From: Marsupella aquatica
Taxonomy: Eukaryota > Plantae > Marchantiophyta
Direction: 5' to 3'
Length of the DNA stretch: 64,000 bases
NCBI GenBank assembly: GCA_973895155.1
Contig: OZ316892.1
Location: forward strand, 24,635,133 to 24,699,132
Every line of letters begins with the position of its first letter. The first letter of the stretch is position 1. A program made the position numbers and the translations under genes. Shown piece by piece: positions 1 to 22,429 of the stretch. The notes below the pieces were generated by a model. It had not been told where the DNA came from. It saw only the letters and a program-made list of their open reading frames with translations, and ran no database searches.

Positions 1-79
1 CCATACTCAGTTGACCCGAGCGAAGCCCTTTCGTTGTGATTGAAGAATCAGGCTGGTGCAAGTTACCGAGTTGGGTACC

Positions 80-2229
80 ATGGCATTAGAAGTTGCACGG
101 GCCTCTCTAGTCTCCATTGAGTGGCCTCTGGAAGGTGAAAGAGCGCCGTCTATTCTCGAGACATTGGAGCACCTCCAGAGAACTCGAAAGGATGAGTTAC
201 CGAAAGAGTTGAGAGTGAACGAGGAAGACCGATCCACAATTGGGTATGATGATTGGAAGGACTTGTCAGAGATTCCTGTGATCGACCTCTCTCTGCTGCA
301 GACTGATAGAGCGGTGAAACAACTACACAAAGCTGTGAGTGAATGGGGATTTTTCCACATTCTAAATCACGGGATTCCATTGGAATTGATGCAAGAAGTT
401 CAAGCTCAAGGATTGAAGTTCTTTGCGTTGCCCCCCGAAATTAAGAAGAAGGCTACACCAGAACCGGGGTGTAGTGTGGGGCTCAGTGTGGGGTACACGG
501 GTGACAATAGTAAGAAGACCAGGTCGAACTTACACTGGGCAGAAAACCTCACTCTTAATTCATTGTTGGTGGACAGAACCGTCAGCAAAGTCTGGCCGGA
601 TGGTAACGAGGAATTCAGGTAAGATTCAGAACATTTGGTTCACTTTTACTCTCTAGCTGCACTTGCAATTAATGCCGAGACTCCCTAAGGTCAGGCCACT
701 ACCATAAACAGCTTGTTGATGATCGATGAGAGACACAAGCATGAGGGACAGCATTTTGATGAACATGTTTATAGTGCTGCGAGACACAATTTTGACTGAA
801 AGCTTGTTGATGAGGAGAGACATAAGTGATAACGTTGTTCCTTCAGACATACCGTGACCGAGTACAGCGCTGGTGTAGAGAGGGTTGGCAAGCAACTCCT
901 TGAGCTGATAGCCGAAAGTTTGGGGCTTTCAACGGATTTCTTTGCTCAGCATTATCCATCGAAGGTAAACACAGTCCGTTATAATTTATATCCGGCCTGT
1001 CCAACGCCGATGGAGTGTATGGGTGTTATGAGCCACACGGACCCAGGCTGCATAACTGTGCTGATGCTAGACAACGTTGGAGGGTTACAAATAGAGAAAG
1101 ATGGTCAGTGGCTCGCAGTCAGGCCCATTGAAGGGTCCCTGGTCGTCAATATCGGGGATACTTTGCATGTAAGTGAAGTCTTATGTCTTTTCAAGCATTT
1201 GATGTGAATGGATGATCTCAGCAAGCAATGTTGTTGTAAACAGCTTGACGTATAGCAAGTGGTCATCTGGTTACTTTGTTGTTGAAATTAGCCTAGACCG
1301 GCTAGGAATTGAACCTAGGACCTCCCGTATACATCGTAGTGCTCTACCACTGAGCTACAAGCCCTTCATGCCTGCATCCCCCCTCGTCAGTTGAGTGAGG
1401 TTCATTTCCAACACCCTCCCTTGAGTATATTCATCACATCGGAAACTCCTGATCTTCGGAACTGATACCATGTTGGAATTGTGCTCTACCACTGAGCTAC
1501 AAGCCCTTCATGCCTGCATCCGTCATCAGTTGAGTGTGGTTCATTTTCAACACCCTCCCTTGAGCCATCAGTTGAGTGTGGTTCATTTCCAACACCCTCC
1601 CTTGAGCCACATTCCACAAGAAACTCCTGATCTTTGGCTCTGATACCATGTCCGAATTGTCAACAGCATGGACCGGCAGGAATTGAACGAACAGACAAGA
1701 GTTATCAGCAAAAGAGGGGTCGGAAATATGTGTTGCGGTGACCATGAACACCAAGCGAACTCAAGGTTATGCCAGTTCTGGAGAAGATAACCAGCTTGGT
1801 TAATCATCGTGATCCAAGACATTTGCACTGGAAGCCCAAAGAGTAACAGAGCATGACTTAATCACAAGAAGCCCTTGCTCTGATTCATATCACCATCAAG
1901 AGTCATAAGTTATACAACAAAATCTACTATAACATATGCTGTCTGTCGCTGGTGGATATTGCAGGCATGGAGCAACGGCATTTGCAGGAGTGTGTTGCAT
2001 CGCGGAGTGGTCAACAAACAATTCCATCGTCTTTCAGTTGCTGCTTTCTTTGTACGTAGACGAAGACGTTCCCATATCTGCTCCAGAAGAGCTCATCGAT
2101 GCCAACCACCCTCGACGATACAGGACAGTTACTGTCAGAGAGTATAGATCTCAATACCCGTCACGAGTTGAGGCGAAAAGGAGCAATGGAGAGTCTTTCC
2201 TTAAAGAAGCTTACAAGTTCGAGGAGTAG
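80..2229 (+). CDS. 2-oxoglutarate/Fe(II)-dependent dioxygenase (plant DOXC class), 3 exons, with a +1 frameshift in exon 3
   Basis: Exons 80-618, 847-1168 and 1965-2229 with GT-AG borders. DIOX_N motifs IPVIDLS and WGFFHILNHGIP; NLYPACP; Fe ligands HTD and HR(G); RLS 2OG-binding motif. The frame switches near 2045-2051, from ...RLSVAAFF to YVDEDVPISAPEELID..HPRRYR. Confidence 0.9.
1280..1688 (-). mobile_element. Tandem TRIM (miniature LTR retrotransposon) with tRNA-derived LTR, Helenus-like, in intron 2 of the dioxygenase
   Basis: LTR 1280-1413 (TGTTG...CAACA), internally deleted LTR 1471-1552, partial copies at 1566-1594 and 1649-1688. Minus-strand PBS TGGTATCAGAGC (iMet) at 1648-1637 and TGGTATCAG at 1470-1462. 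PPT CTCAAGGGAGGG directly abuts the LTRs. Internal region about 55 bp. TSD not identified. Confidence 0.85.
1294..1364 (-). other. tRNA-like segment (Pol III A and B boxes) inside the LTR; not a functional tRNA
   Basis: GGGCTTGTAGCTCAGTGGTAGAGC...GGTCCTAGGTTCAATTCCTAG has a perfect D arm (GCTC/GAGC) and T arm (CTAGG/CCTAG); the anticodon stem is degenerate. Confidence 0.8.
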
Positions 2230-3330
2230 ATCACGCACATCAAGTGAAGTAGCAGGGGAGGTCCAATTGGATATGGACAGTCAGGCTTCCAATGAAAGTC
2301 TGATACGACCAAGAACTCCAACAATGCCATGTGACGCTGTAATGCTTAATGTATGCTTAATGTATGTGTTATTGTAATGTTAGAGCAGAAGGTCAGCGAG
2401 AAATACCCTGTAACAAAACGTTTAGAAACTTTTTGTCACTCGAATATCAGATCAGCTTAGTGTTCAACACTTGGTTGAAATATTAGTCAAATATCAAACC
2501 CACATGCGCGTTTAAGCCGTTAGTGATATCTGCATTATAATTATATGTACGTGTGCCTTCATGATAGCCTGGTCGCACTCTTTTTTAATTTGGATTCCCC
2601 AAGCTATGTAATTTTATATCTATGGCGGATCACAATTTTGACTCTCAATTTTACTATAGCCATATGGTTCAGATCCATTATCAAGCGCCTCTCAGAGAAC
2701 TGTCTTTGTTCCCTACATGTACAAAACTTAATCTTGATCCTCATTCAGAATAACTTGTATTCAGAACTGGTTGCAACTTTTACATGAAGATGTATTTGGC
2801 AAGAGTCTTGTTAACGCAGTCTGTACTAAACTTTATTGATGGGCGAACGACAGACAGAGAGAGTGGATACTCAACAAATTTGACTAGTCTTTCTGAGTAA
2901 TCAGGTCATCATCGTGACAGTGCTCAAATCAAAATTGTTTCTCAATTGGAGTCGTGGAAGTTGCAAGGAACTTTCACAGAGTCTTTGGATAATTGTGAAT
3001 ACGTTGTCAATTGGTCAATGTTATCCTCTCGTCCCCGCTCTCATCCCATGTGGACTCTAGCTCTTTCCGTGTGCTACTGATATCTACAGTACTTGTTCTA
3101 CTGTAGTTGTCTTGCTCTCTGTTGCTCAATCACATGCTGAACTCATTGGTGAGTGTGTCCAAAGGTGGTGGCATTGAGACCCTGCAGCTTTTGATTTCTA
3201 CCAAATGTTGTGTACCTTCCCTTTTCCAAGGGTACCTTTTGCCTAATATCCTGTCTAATGGATCCAAAAGCTGAACTAATGACTAGGGGTCCTTAGTGCA
3301 TAGCGGAACTAGTGCCCCTCAAAATCACCG

Positions 3331-3440
3331 TCCCTTAGGGTGACTCGAGCTTTGGAAGTCAACAGCATCTTACAGTTAATAATTTGCTCCCTTAGGTTGA
3401 CTTGAGCTTTGGAGGCCAACAGCATCTTACTAATAATTTG
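3331..3440. repeat. Two-copy ~58-bp tandem duplication
   Basis: CCCTTAGG.TGACT.GAGCTTTGGA...AACAGCATCTTAC..TAATAATTTG occurs twice. Confidence 0.8.
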
Positions 3441-4422
3441 TGAACAGAAGCTAATGTCTAGTGTGAAGCCTGGAGACCATAACCACCAATAAGGACAAAA
3501 CTGACAATGATTTTAAAAACAAAATTGACTCTAAATGAAGAAAGGGATCAAAGATGGACAAAAGTAAAATTGACTCTAAATGAAGACAAAACTGAAATGA
3601 AGTTGAACAAAAAACAGAGATGAGGCAAAGTTGAACCGAAAATAACATAGAATCCTTCTCTTTTAAGAATTTTTTTTGTTGTCTTCATATCTATTTCTGT
3701 TCTAGGAATGGGTGATCAGGCTAATAAAGCGTGATGGAATGTTACCGTCTAGAATGAAGCTTCTAGCTTTAACTCTCAATAAGGGACAAAAAGGACAGTC
3801 ACTAATTAAGGACAAATTTGAAAATGAAGAGGGACAAAATGAGGCAAGAAAAATTACATACAGGGATGGGGCAAAGATGACAAGGAAATAGCATAGAATC
3901 TCATTTTTGTAAAATTCTTTTTATCTTCATCTCTATTTACTTTCAAGGAACAGGTATTTGGGATACTGGGAAGAATTTGAAACTGCACCCTTTGGTCATT
4001 TCTCTAGAGCAACCTTCTTCATGAATGGAATAACAGGGGGCAACGATTGCTTGCATTGTCAGACAAGAGATGAACAGATAGTACTTAGATTGTGGCTGGT
4101 ATGATTGGAGGTCAATCTACTGCCTGAAGCTATTCAGAAGTTCTGTGGGCACTCTGAAAGTTGAACAGCTACAAGGGCCTCTCTCTAAGTGCACTACATA
4201 AGTGCAAAACTTGGCTAATTTCAAGGTGTCCCCTCTGCCCTTTTTCTCTCAACCAATTTGGATATTAAATCACATCAACCCTTTACAAGCTACAGGTTCC
4301 TATAGCTGCCATTCTGAGTAGCTTCTTCATGAAATTGTGAAGCAAACTGGCAGGGTAGAGGAGGATATGAGTGGAACGCATAAAAATGGGGAGATCTTGG
4401 ACACTCCCCCCTTATACATGGC

Positions 4423-4487
4423 CAGGGGTGATTTAAGAAGGGTCCACTGAACAACAAATATATGGGACCCTTCTTAAATCACCCCTG
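4423..4487. repeat. Perfect 23-bp inverted repeat with a 19-nt loop (mini-MITE or hairpin)
   Basis: CAGGGGTGATTTAAGAAGGGTCC at 4423-4445 and its reverse complement at 4465-4487. Confidence 0.85.
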
Positions 4488-7400
4488 TTTATGCACAATT
4501 ACTGGTAAGCGGATAATTCCTTTGAGTTACACTTATTGATAAGTGAAAGTCCTTTTTACACATAGTAAACTTTGCAGTTGTGAGGTTTGGAAAGCCTGAT
4601 CACCTGCCTCTCCCTCCTCGTCACCTGCCTCATCTGGCAAATTTGGATTGGGATTTCCTGAATAACGAAAATGCACTAAAATGAAAATTGAACCCCGACT
4701 GACATACTCTTTTAAGATTGAATGTTTACTTCAAGAAGATTCTCAGTATCTTGGTATAATTGACTTTTCTATGCATTCAATAGTTTTAAAACTTATAAAA
4801 CAAGAATAAACTTACAAATGCAAGAATAATATTTTGGAAAAATTATGCTCCCCTGGACATAGAGCCCGTGAACCATCCAACCCCATGGACACTTTTACAC
4901 TTTGACTCATTGACACCCTTCTCATTCCAAAATAGTTTTGAACAGCAACATTTGACCTTCAATGTCTCACTTGATTTCCACTTGAATGGGCTCTTCTTGG
5001 GCTTGATAGAAGCCTCTAGAAAAGATCTTCCCAACTAGTCTACTGTAGTATCTCTAGTTTCCATTGTTAAGGACCAAGCATTGTAAACTTCTAAAGAATA
5101 TTCTATCACTTACTGTCAACACTGCTATTCTGAAAGTAGCTAGTTGTGATATTCAATATGTCACCGAACATCCAACTGAATCTGATTTGTGTTTTGCGAG
5201 CGTTAGGAACTGCATGGAATCATCTTTACAACCAGCTTAATTGAGGGACCTACAAATTTTGAAGGAGACTGTCTCATTTTCTTGCCATATTTCACTCCTT
5301 GGTGTAATATGTACTATATGACCTTAAAACAGGTTTTGCTGCAATCCATCGAGGTTGCAAAAGTCCATCTGAGCATTTTGGAAAACATGGAGGTCCATCC
5401 AGAAATGAGAAATAATTCATGTAACTGGGATGGCACTACATATATAGTAAAATGCTGGTAACATGGTGTTGTGGGCATAATAAAACAAGGGCTATATCTC
5501 AAGATATGGAGGGCTATTATTGGCCATAATGCCCTAATTAAGGGGCATTAACACACTGAAAGGCCTTATAGATTGTTATTTTTATAATCTTTAATAATCT
5601 TCAGCGTCGGCACGGTCAGAAGCACAAGAGAAGTTTCACAGTATCCCTATCCAAATCTGGACTGTCCATTCTTCTCTATAAAATTAAACCAAAAATTTCA
5701 AAGAAACAGTCCATGAAAGGCATTAACGTATCCAACAGCTCTGGAAAGCGAGCGTCCTCAGCGGGGTGATCGTGGCCGTAGACTCGATAGTCAGTACCCA
5801 ACGATGCACCGTCGTCCGTCGACCTGACCGTCGCATGACCGTCGCCTCTCCGTCCTCGCAGAGCTCGTTTTCCTTTTCCTTTCGTCGCACAAACAGAGTG
5901 TAAAGCAGAAGACGGGATTCGAGTGATTCGATTACTTTTGTTGCTCTGTTCGGCTCTGTTCGCCTCTGCTCACCTCTGCTCGCCTCTGCTCTTTTCTGTC
6001 GACCACCAGGCAATCCAGCCTTTGTGGAGACCTCGGCTTCGACCAGCTTTTCTGTTGCGGTGAGCTTTGGACGTCAATCAGTCATCGAGTGATGCAATTC
6101 TCAGTGGAGACTTCAGAATCGAGCTTGTCCCCTGTCCTTTTTTGGTCAATTTAAGCTGTGAAATGTTTGTTGCGGGAAGGTGCATTGATCCAGGTCGTGG
6201 ACAAAGATTCCGGAAAAGTGAACTGTGCCACCTAAACGGAGTACAGTGTCTTTTCATCTACCGTGTCCGGAGTAGGCGATCGCACTGGCTTTCGGGAGTG
6301 GAGTATCAGAGGACCGTGCCGACGCTGATGATTCTGCTTCAGCTTCAGAAAAATGGAGTGGAGATGAGAGGAGCGAAGCAGAGATGGGAGGAGTGCTTGT
6401 AACTTGAGGCAGGAAAGGGTGGTTTCGGCATGTGATTCTCTGCTACTTCTTCCGAGTATCGGGAAGAGAGGAGAGGGAGGATAGGTGCGCTGGTGATGAT
6501 TGAACTTCCTGTCACCTGTGTTTAAGACCGCGGACCAAAAGGTGTGCTCCGCTGAATGGGGGATTGTCTAAAGTGGAGTGGAGTGGAGGCAAATTTTGAT
6601 TGCGAACTGCACACGGGACGCGATTCCAAGGTTTTATACAGGTGTGGTCAAGAAGATGGACAATCGGAATTGCGCGAGCAGTGGTGTGATGAGCGGGCAG
6701 CGGTTGGAGGTGACTGAGAAATGCATGTTGAGAGGGACGAGGGAGGAAGGAACAAAGGAAGCGTCATGATAGAGGAGCGAGCCCTCAAGACTCAGGATGG
6801 AAAGAATGGGAGTCTGAATTTTAGCTCATCTTTGAGGGAGTGAGGGTGATGGATGTGTGAGATTGAATTGGGAACGAAGAACATTGGACGAAGTCGAGAT
6901 AAGTTGGACAGGAACCGGGTCGCTGGAGCTGTCCACTCCTACACCTGAAGTGCTTCTTCTGATGGTCACTTCTCGTTTTTTTGAGGTGTCAATTACGAAG
7001 GTCAGCTTTACTCTTCAGCTTTTGAGTTTTTCTTCATTTGCACATTATGATGTCCGCGTTCATGTCTGTCCCTGCGCGCTTTGGACCTTTGAAGTTGCCG
7101 GCGAAGTTCAGCGGTCTGAGGCACTTCACGCTCCTCTGCAGCAGTAATGCTTTCGAACCAAATTAGGCGAAAACCCGAATGATTGAAAAGAAGTGAACTC
7201 CAGAGAAGCACGTTCGTAGGTGCCCCCTCGCTGCCTTTCAGATAGTACTCCCGTAGACTTGCAATGGAAAGAGTAACACCCATTTATAGAATTCTCAACG
7301 TCCTTATGTCTAACTTAGCACAATCATAGTACTCGAAGCTGGAACTTTGGGCTCGGCATTGACTTTCCTGATAAAAAGAACTTTACCAATCAATGATATC

Positions 7401-8045
7401 GGAGTCAGAATACTTTTTGCCGTCCAATTCAGTTTTGAACACGCTGATTTAAGCCATGCAGTATCAGGCGCAAATCTTGGTACCCCCGGAGGATATCTCG
7501 ACAGAGTCAACGCAGGGACGGATTGGATACTGACCTTTCAAAATTTTGTGAATCAAAACCAATGCTTTGCTGGAATAGAACTATATTTGCAGGAAATAGG
7601 CATGGTTGTAGTATGTATATCAGTCTCCCCAAACCACAGAAATTCAGATCTCCTCGTACCACAATTTGAGTAGTGGCATTGCGATCGACCACTTTTATAT
7701 ACTTAAGGACCAAAAAATGTTGCAGCCGTCTAGGTCTTTGTACGAGTCTAATTGGAAAGCTTCGAAATGTGCAGGAGGTAAACTCACAATTTGATTCAGG
7801 CAAGCTTTCCAGGAAGGTCTGCTCTCATGATGATTGACAACGTAGACTTTTTCATCGTCCACGGAAACATCGTGGGCGGTGGAAGCCAAGCTGGAACTCC
7901 ATGCTGTCCTATTTCATATGGGACTTACCTTCAGAATGACGATAGGCAGTTTTCGGCACAATTTTTATCATCGCTCTGAGGCGGGTGGCCAGGATTGTGA
8001 TTGCGACACACGTTTTTGAGAAAGTCCTCATGTAGGAAGGGCACA

Positions 8046-17053
<9,008 letters not shown>

Positions 17054-18845
17054 GCAATTCATTATTAGGATCGGCATGTTATTCGCCGAACTCTTGGAGC
17101 ACCTCCGTCGAAGAAGTGATCCCCATCTTTGTTCAGACCTCGAACTCTATAATCCAACTAGAGGATTATATTTGTCCATAGATAAGGAGGAAGTCTGTGC
17201 TTGTGGAGAAGTCTCCCTTGTTAATCTCAATCATTCTCAGTGTTCTGATCCCGACCTGTAACATATAAAATATTGAAATTGAGGTGCATAAGCTGTTCCA
17301 TCGGCAGTAAGGTGGTGGTCGGTTTCCTACTCCCTTTTAGATTCTCACGTGGCCACATGAGGGAGAGATGTAACACAATTACCATAAAGAGGGTACTTCT
17401 CTGATTCCTGGCTGGCGGATTCGGCACCTGTCATTAGAATACCAATGTCGCAATGAATGAGGACATTCTTTCTGTCCCCGGCCTAACAAGTACTTTTTTC
17501 ATATATGCAGTACTGATAATTGTGTGCAGTATACTTAGGCATGGATCCTAAAACGAAGGTGATTTTCCATCCAAAATTTTCTAGGACGAACATGGAAGCC
17601 CGTTCGTCAAAGAATGCTGCGGCATGGATTGTAGAGCGAAGGTCCTTCAAATTTCCAGGACGCCAGTTGGTTCTACTGCACGTCCCCTTGTGAAGTGTGG
17701 CTGCGTGCATGTCTAATGTAAATTGTGTGCCCAATCCATGGATGCTACCTGTTATGATCCTCTCCAGTCCTTCATTCCCGCAGCGTGGCGATGTTGTGGC
17801 CTCAATCATGTGTCCTAAATTGAAGAGCAAAAGCCGCTGTTAATCATCTCAAATGAATCATTTCTCTTGGGATCTACTTTTGTAATGGGCAATCGAAATG
17901 AAGTACAGTAGATGTGGATTTTCTTAATCCTTTGTCTTAGGAACTTTCTTTTGCAATGGGCAGTCAGATGACGTGATGGATGGACCACCACATGTGAGCC
18001 AAGGAGTGAAGGACTAAGGACAACCAAAAATGTGAGCACTCATACAAGGAAAAAGTGTTAGTTCAGTAAAACCATGTCTCAAAATGGTTCATGTGGGTTT
18101 AATTTTACTTTCTGGTGCATGTGGGTTTTGATAGTCTGTAGGAGCATCTTGTCTACGTTGTGGTTTATGGAAGCTTCCACCTAGGCTCTACTGGACCTTT
18201 GTGGTAAATCTGGTGACAAATCATTGGAGGTTCCCCCTTGCTACACGTGATGCAGCGGAGACATGTTCCTTGAGATATGTGGAATGTTGGCACTATGATA
18301 TCTCGCATGACTTCTGGTTGTGCCCACAAACACAGGAAATCCAGGATAGCGCATGTTCATCTTGGAACATGGCTATGTTCATCCTGGATTAAACATGTCA
18401 GTTCCAGACTTGGTGAGACGGAATCCGAGCTGCCACAATTTGGCAATCTGAAACATGGCTTAGTAGACCTTCTTGGAAAACTTTCAAACCAAAAGCAAAA
18501 CCAAACCAGATTTAAGAGTACTCCTTAAATGTAACAAGATCTGGCAGTGCAGATGTGTGAGACAATCATCTCCCTTGCATATTTCCCACCCTCATAAAAG
18601 TATCTCTAGTGGTGGGGTCAAGTGAGCCTGTAACGGCTAAAAAGAGCATATAATGGCTAATTTTGGAAGGAAGCCCATATCTCTAAATAAATGGCAGCCA
18701 ACCCCTTTTTTCACAACCCTGGATGCCATATCTGTCAGAAATGGCAGTTGGGATTGAGTGAATCCCTTTCTTCTGGCCTATATTGCCATCTATGTTTGAG
18801 ATAGTACTTATCCTGGCCTGTATTGCAATCTATGTTTGAGATTCC

Positions 18846-18960
18846 ACCACATGTCACAAGATTTTGAATCTGGATATGAGGCCACATTGTTTTGGAGGCG
18901 ATAGAGGTCGACCACATGTCACAAGATTCTGCGGTCGACACATGTCACAAGAATCTGGAT
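18846..18960. repeat. Short tandem repeat (CACATGTCACAAGA, 3 copies)
   Basis: Motif seen at about 18848, 18913 and 18938. Confidence 0.7.
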
Positions 18961-21900
18961 ATGCTAAAAAAATTGAATGTGGGTGTGACAACACATCACT
19001 TTGGAGAGGATAGAAGTCAAAGAAGAGGGAATAGGTTGTGAATAAATCCAAGATGGGAGCTCTCTAATTTGGATGCCTCCAAATGATGGGCAAAATTCAC
19101 CCATAAACCCTTCGAGATAAGTCTCTAAGTAATTACCACCTCTTGCATCCACTATCCGACCGCTCAAGGTTGCTAGTCATGTGTCACATATTGAATGTGA
19201 AGATACAAGTGTGATTGTCTCTACTGTCTGTATGCACATAACATGACAGTTTACAGTGCAGGTACCTAAATAAACAAAATGATGCCTACAAAATGGTCCA
19301 ACTGCATTGGCAGTAAATGCACTCAGTGGCAAGGGGGAGGTCTTGAGTCCAAATCTCTTTTATAATTTGGAGACTTTTGCACATACTCTAGCCAAAGTGG
19401 AGTACTCAAAAGCTCTAATTCACATTTCAGCTTTTGACTACCTGAACAATGAGGGACATGCCATACATGAGAGTCTACTGGGAAAGTTAGAAAGTTAGAA
19501 AGTTTGAGGGTTGTTAAGCCATAAACTTTTCCCCACGGTCTACTAAGCCATTGTCTGTGGGATGGGTTGACATAGCGGCTGCCATTCTCCCTAATCAATG
19601 AATGAGGCTGCATTACTTCATGAACAATGAATGAACAATGGTTTGAAACGGATATGTTTGCTTTCTATTACGTCAGTGTGGATCTTGTGTCACTAGTTCG
19701 GGCTTTTCTCCTACAAATGGAGTACAATTGCAACATTCGAAGTTCAGCTTTTTCAGAAGGTCTAGGTCCAATCCCCCAGGAGAATTGTTCCTCTGTCCAA
19801 TATTCTTTCTCGCCCTTGCCCTCTTTCTTGTGGGGTAGAGAGGTCCTTTATTGGCCTCGAATTTTCTGTATCTATAGTCTCAGTAGGTATATGGTTGGCG
19901 AAGTGGTTGGGTCCTTCACAATTCCAATGGGCTTTTCCTAAAGTGGAAGTAGTGTGCACCTTTTTCTGCTTCAATGTTAGCACCCTATTTGCTCACTTTT
20001 CGCTCACTTTTCGCTTCTTCTTCTTCTTTAAACCAGAAAGCTCTTTCATTGCAAGACGACAGGTGAAACAAGCGCACGCGACCGAGAGTATCCCTTTCCC
20101 TTTTGCTTTTTCTAGTTTCTTCCTTTTGGCACGGAGTTAAAGCAATTTGGTTTTTTTCTCCCCTGCTTTTTGTAATAATTTCATCTGATACATGGGGGAG
20201 AGCAATTTGATGCCATATTTCATTTGTGATGAAATGCAACGAAATATCCAAAGAAAGACTTGATGGGGCCTATGAGGGGAAAAAACCCCAACAAGGCCGT
20301 GTCTTTTGAAAGGGACTTGCTGCCCCCTTCCCTGCCACCCCTGTGGAGCTCCTGCTGTGTTAACAGCCCTATTGTGAGCAAATTGTGGTGGTCTGCTGCA
20401 GCAGCCTTATGGATCCACAGCATGAACTCGCATTTTTCTGCGTGGATCTTGCCACTAAGCTCCTGGAATCCGCATTTTGTCTGAATGATTTTGGCCACAC
20501 TTCCCGGTCTGCCAAGATGCTACATGCACCTGCAAGACACACAAAGCTGCAGCAATTGTGCAGCAACCTTGTGTGCCTGATTGCCGGGTTGGGGCAGTAT
20601 TTGCTTGGTCAAATGGGGAGGTACTTTCAGGGAGACTTTACGAGCACAGCCTTGCAGGGATGGGTTGTTGCACTGTGAGTTCAAGCATTATATATTGTCT
20701 CAAAGCAAGGGGGTATGTTAGAGATATTGGCCTCTGTAAAATTATATCATCAGTTATATCAAGTTCATGAATCAATTGATATCAATTATCATATCATCTC
20801 GGAGAGAAAGTGTAGATGTTGTGATGTAAAACAAATTTAAAATATTTTTAACATTGAAATTTGACATATTGAACTTTTTCTACTTACTTGTCATGTGTTG
20901 CATTTGTACCATATGGACACTAATGTCGGTGAGGCGAGCCAAAGCTGACCAATATCCATACCAAATGGACATAGAATATGACCCAAAAAAAAAAAAAAAA
21001 CTTGAATTGTTTTGGGGGAAATGTTGAGTTTTGATGTGGAACCTGCAACAGCACCCTGGCCGTGGCGCTTGCAACTGGGTTATAACTAAAGAAGGGGCTC
21101 CATAAGGGTTGCAGGGACGGATCCCAACAAGGTCATTTTTTAAGGCTGCGCTTTGTGAGGGGTTTTATTTCCCCATCAAGTAATTTGTTGACCAAATATC
21201 TAAAGTGAAAGTTTGCAACTCTGGTTGGTTGAGATTCCTTGCTCATATACAAATGACCATAGCATATGAGTTGGTGTACGAGTTATCCAATTTTGGCCAT
21301 ACAGTGCAAAAGGGAAGCTTTTTTATGCAAGAGATCTGTCTTAGATAATCTTTGCCCCCCTATGAAGATATCTTTGTGCCAAAGTATTGCTAAGGTTGGA
21401 GGTTTGCATAGGGAGGTAGGTGACCAAGCATCATCATAATGGTTAGCGTGACTGGAGAAGGATGGGTGTTGATAGTCTAGAGAACTACAAAGGGCAATCT
21501 GGAAGCAACAAAAGGCCTACTCATGGTACATAATTTCTCACATGAGGCCATAAAGCGGGGCAAAAAAGCACACAAAGAGCCCCGTGCATGCAGTAGACGC
21601 AACAATTGCCAATTATCAAAGTATATGAGGTGGTCTGATGAGAGTCTGGCAAGAGTCCACTTGCAAAGGAGACTACTATTGTCAAAGTCTATTTGGTGAG
21701 AAGGGTGTGTGACTAAGAGTCCCATGCAAAAGGAGGAGTTTGCAACTCAGTCTCTTTCTAGTGGAGGCAGCTGCCTTTTGCTCTCTAGCTTTAAGAATTC
21801 AAAACGCTGAAAGAACTCTCAAGTTAGGTTGAGTTTGATCCAGTTTAGTTGTTCACCAACATTCCTGCCAAAGGAGCCACGTGATAGCAACATTCTTCTG

Positions 21901-22429
21901 ATAACAAGTTCAAATGAATGGATGGTAAGAGCAAGAATAGATTCCATGATAAAAGGGAAGCATGGAATAATGGTGTGGATGCTCAAAAAGTGCAATGATC
22001 AATGGATCCATAACTAGCATATATATATATAAAGTATCTTTGAGGTTAGGGTCGATCACCTTCACTCTGTTGGTTTGGGCATGTTTATCTTCCCTGTTGT
22101 GGGTTGTCCCAGATTTAGTTCTGGAAAGTTCTATTGACTTCACAAATTGGAGTTTAGTAGTGGGATCCCAAAACTCTATATTATATCCAGGGTAACATAG
22201 TTCCATCCGGTTTGCGCAGAACCTGTGCATCAATTATTTTTCATTTCAAGAAATAAGTTAAGGTCAGAATATTATTCATTTGTTTGTTTATTTCAGTGTT
22301 CTATGTCCTGTTTGTTTTTCATTTCAGGAAATAAGTGAAGGTCAGAATATTACTCTCCTCCTCAATTTATGCTAAGAAGTTCTTTCAACATTTTGAAAAG
22401 GACCCGGCCTAATTTTAACACTGATATTT

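Noticed and set aside
1294-1364. Functional tRNA gene
   Set aside because: The anticodon and acceptor stems are mismatched, and the sequence is embedded in an LTR with PBS and PPT.
7310-7900. Minus-strand ANTH (Sla2/HIP1-like) gene suggested by KALVLIHKILKG and nearby FW/WLKS words
   Set aside because: I could not assemble a consistent spliced frame, stops are frequent, and the similarity is too short to support without a profile search.
20100-21800. L1-like ORF1 zinc-knuckle or endonuclease remnants
   Set aside because: The hints are weak and on conflicting strands; probably decayed TE but not classifiable by eye.
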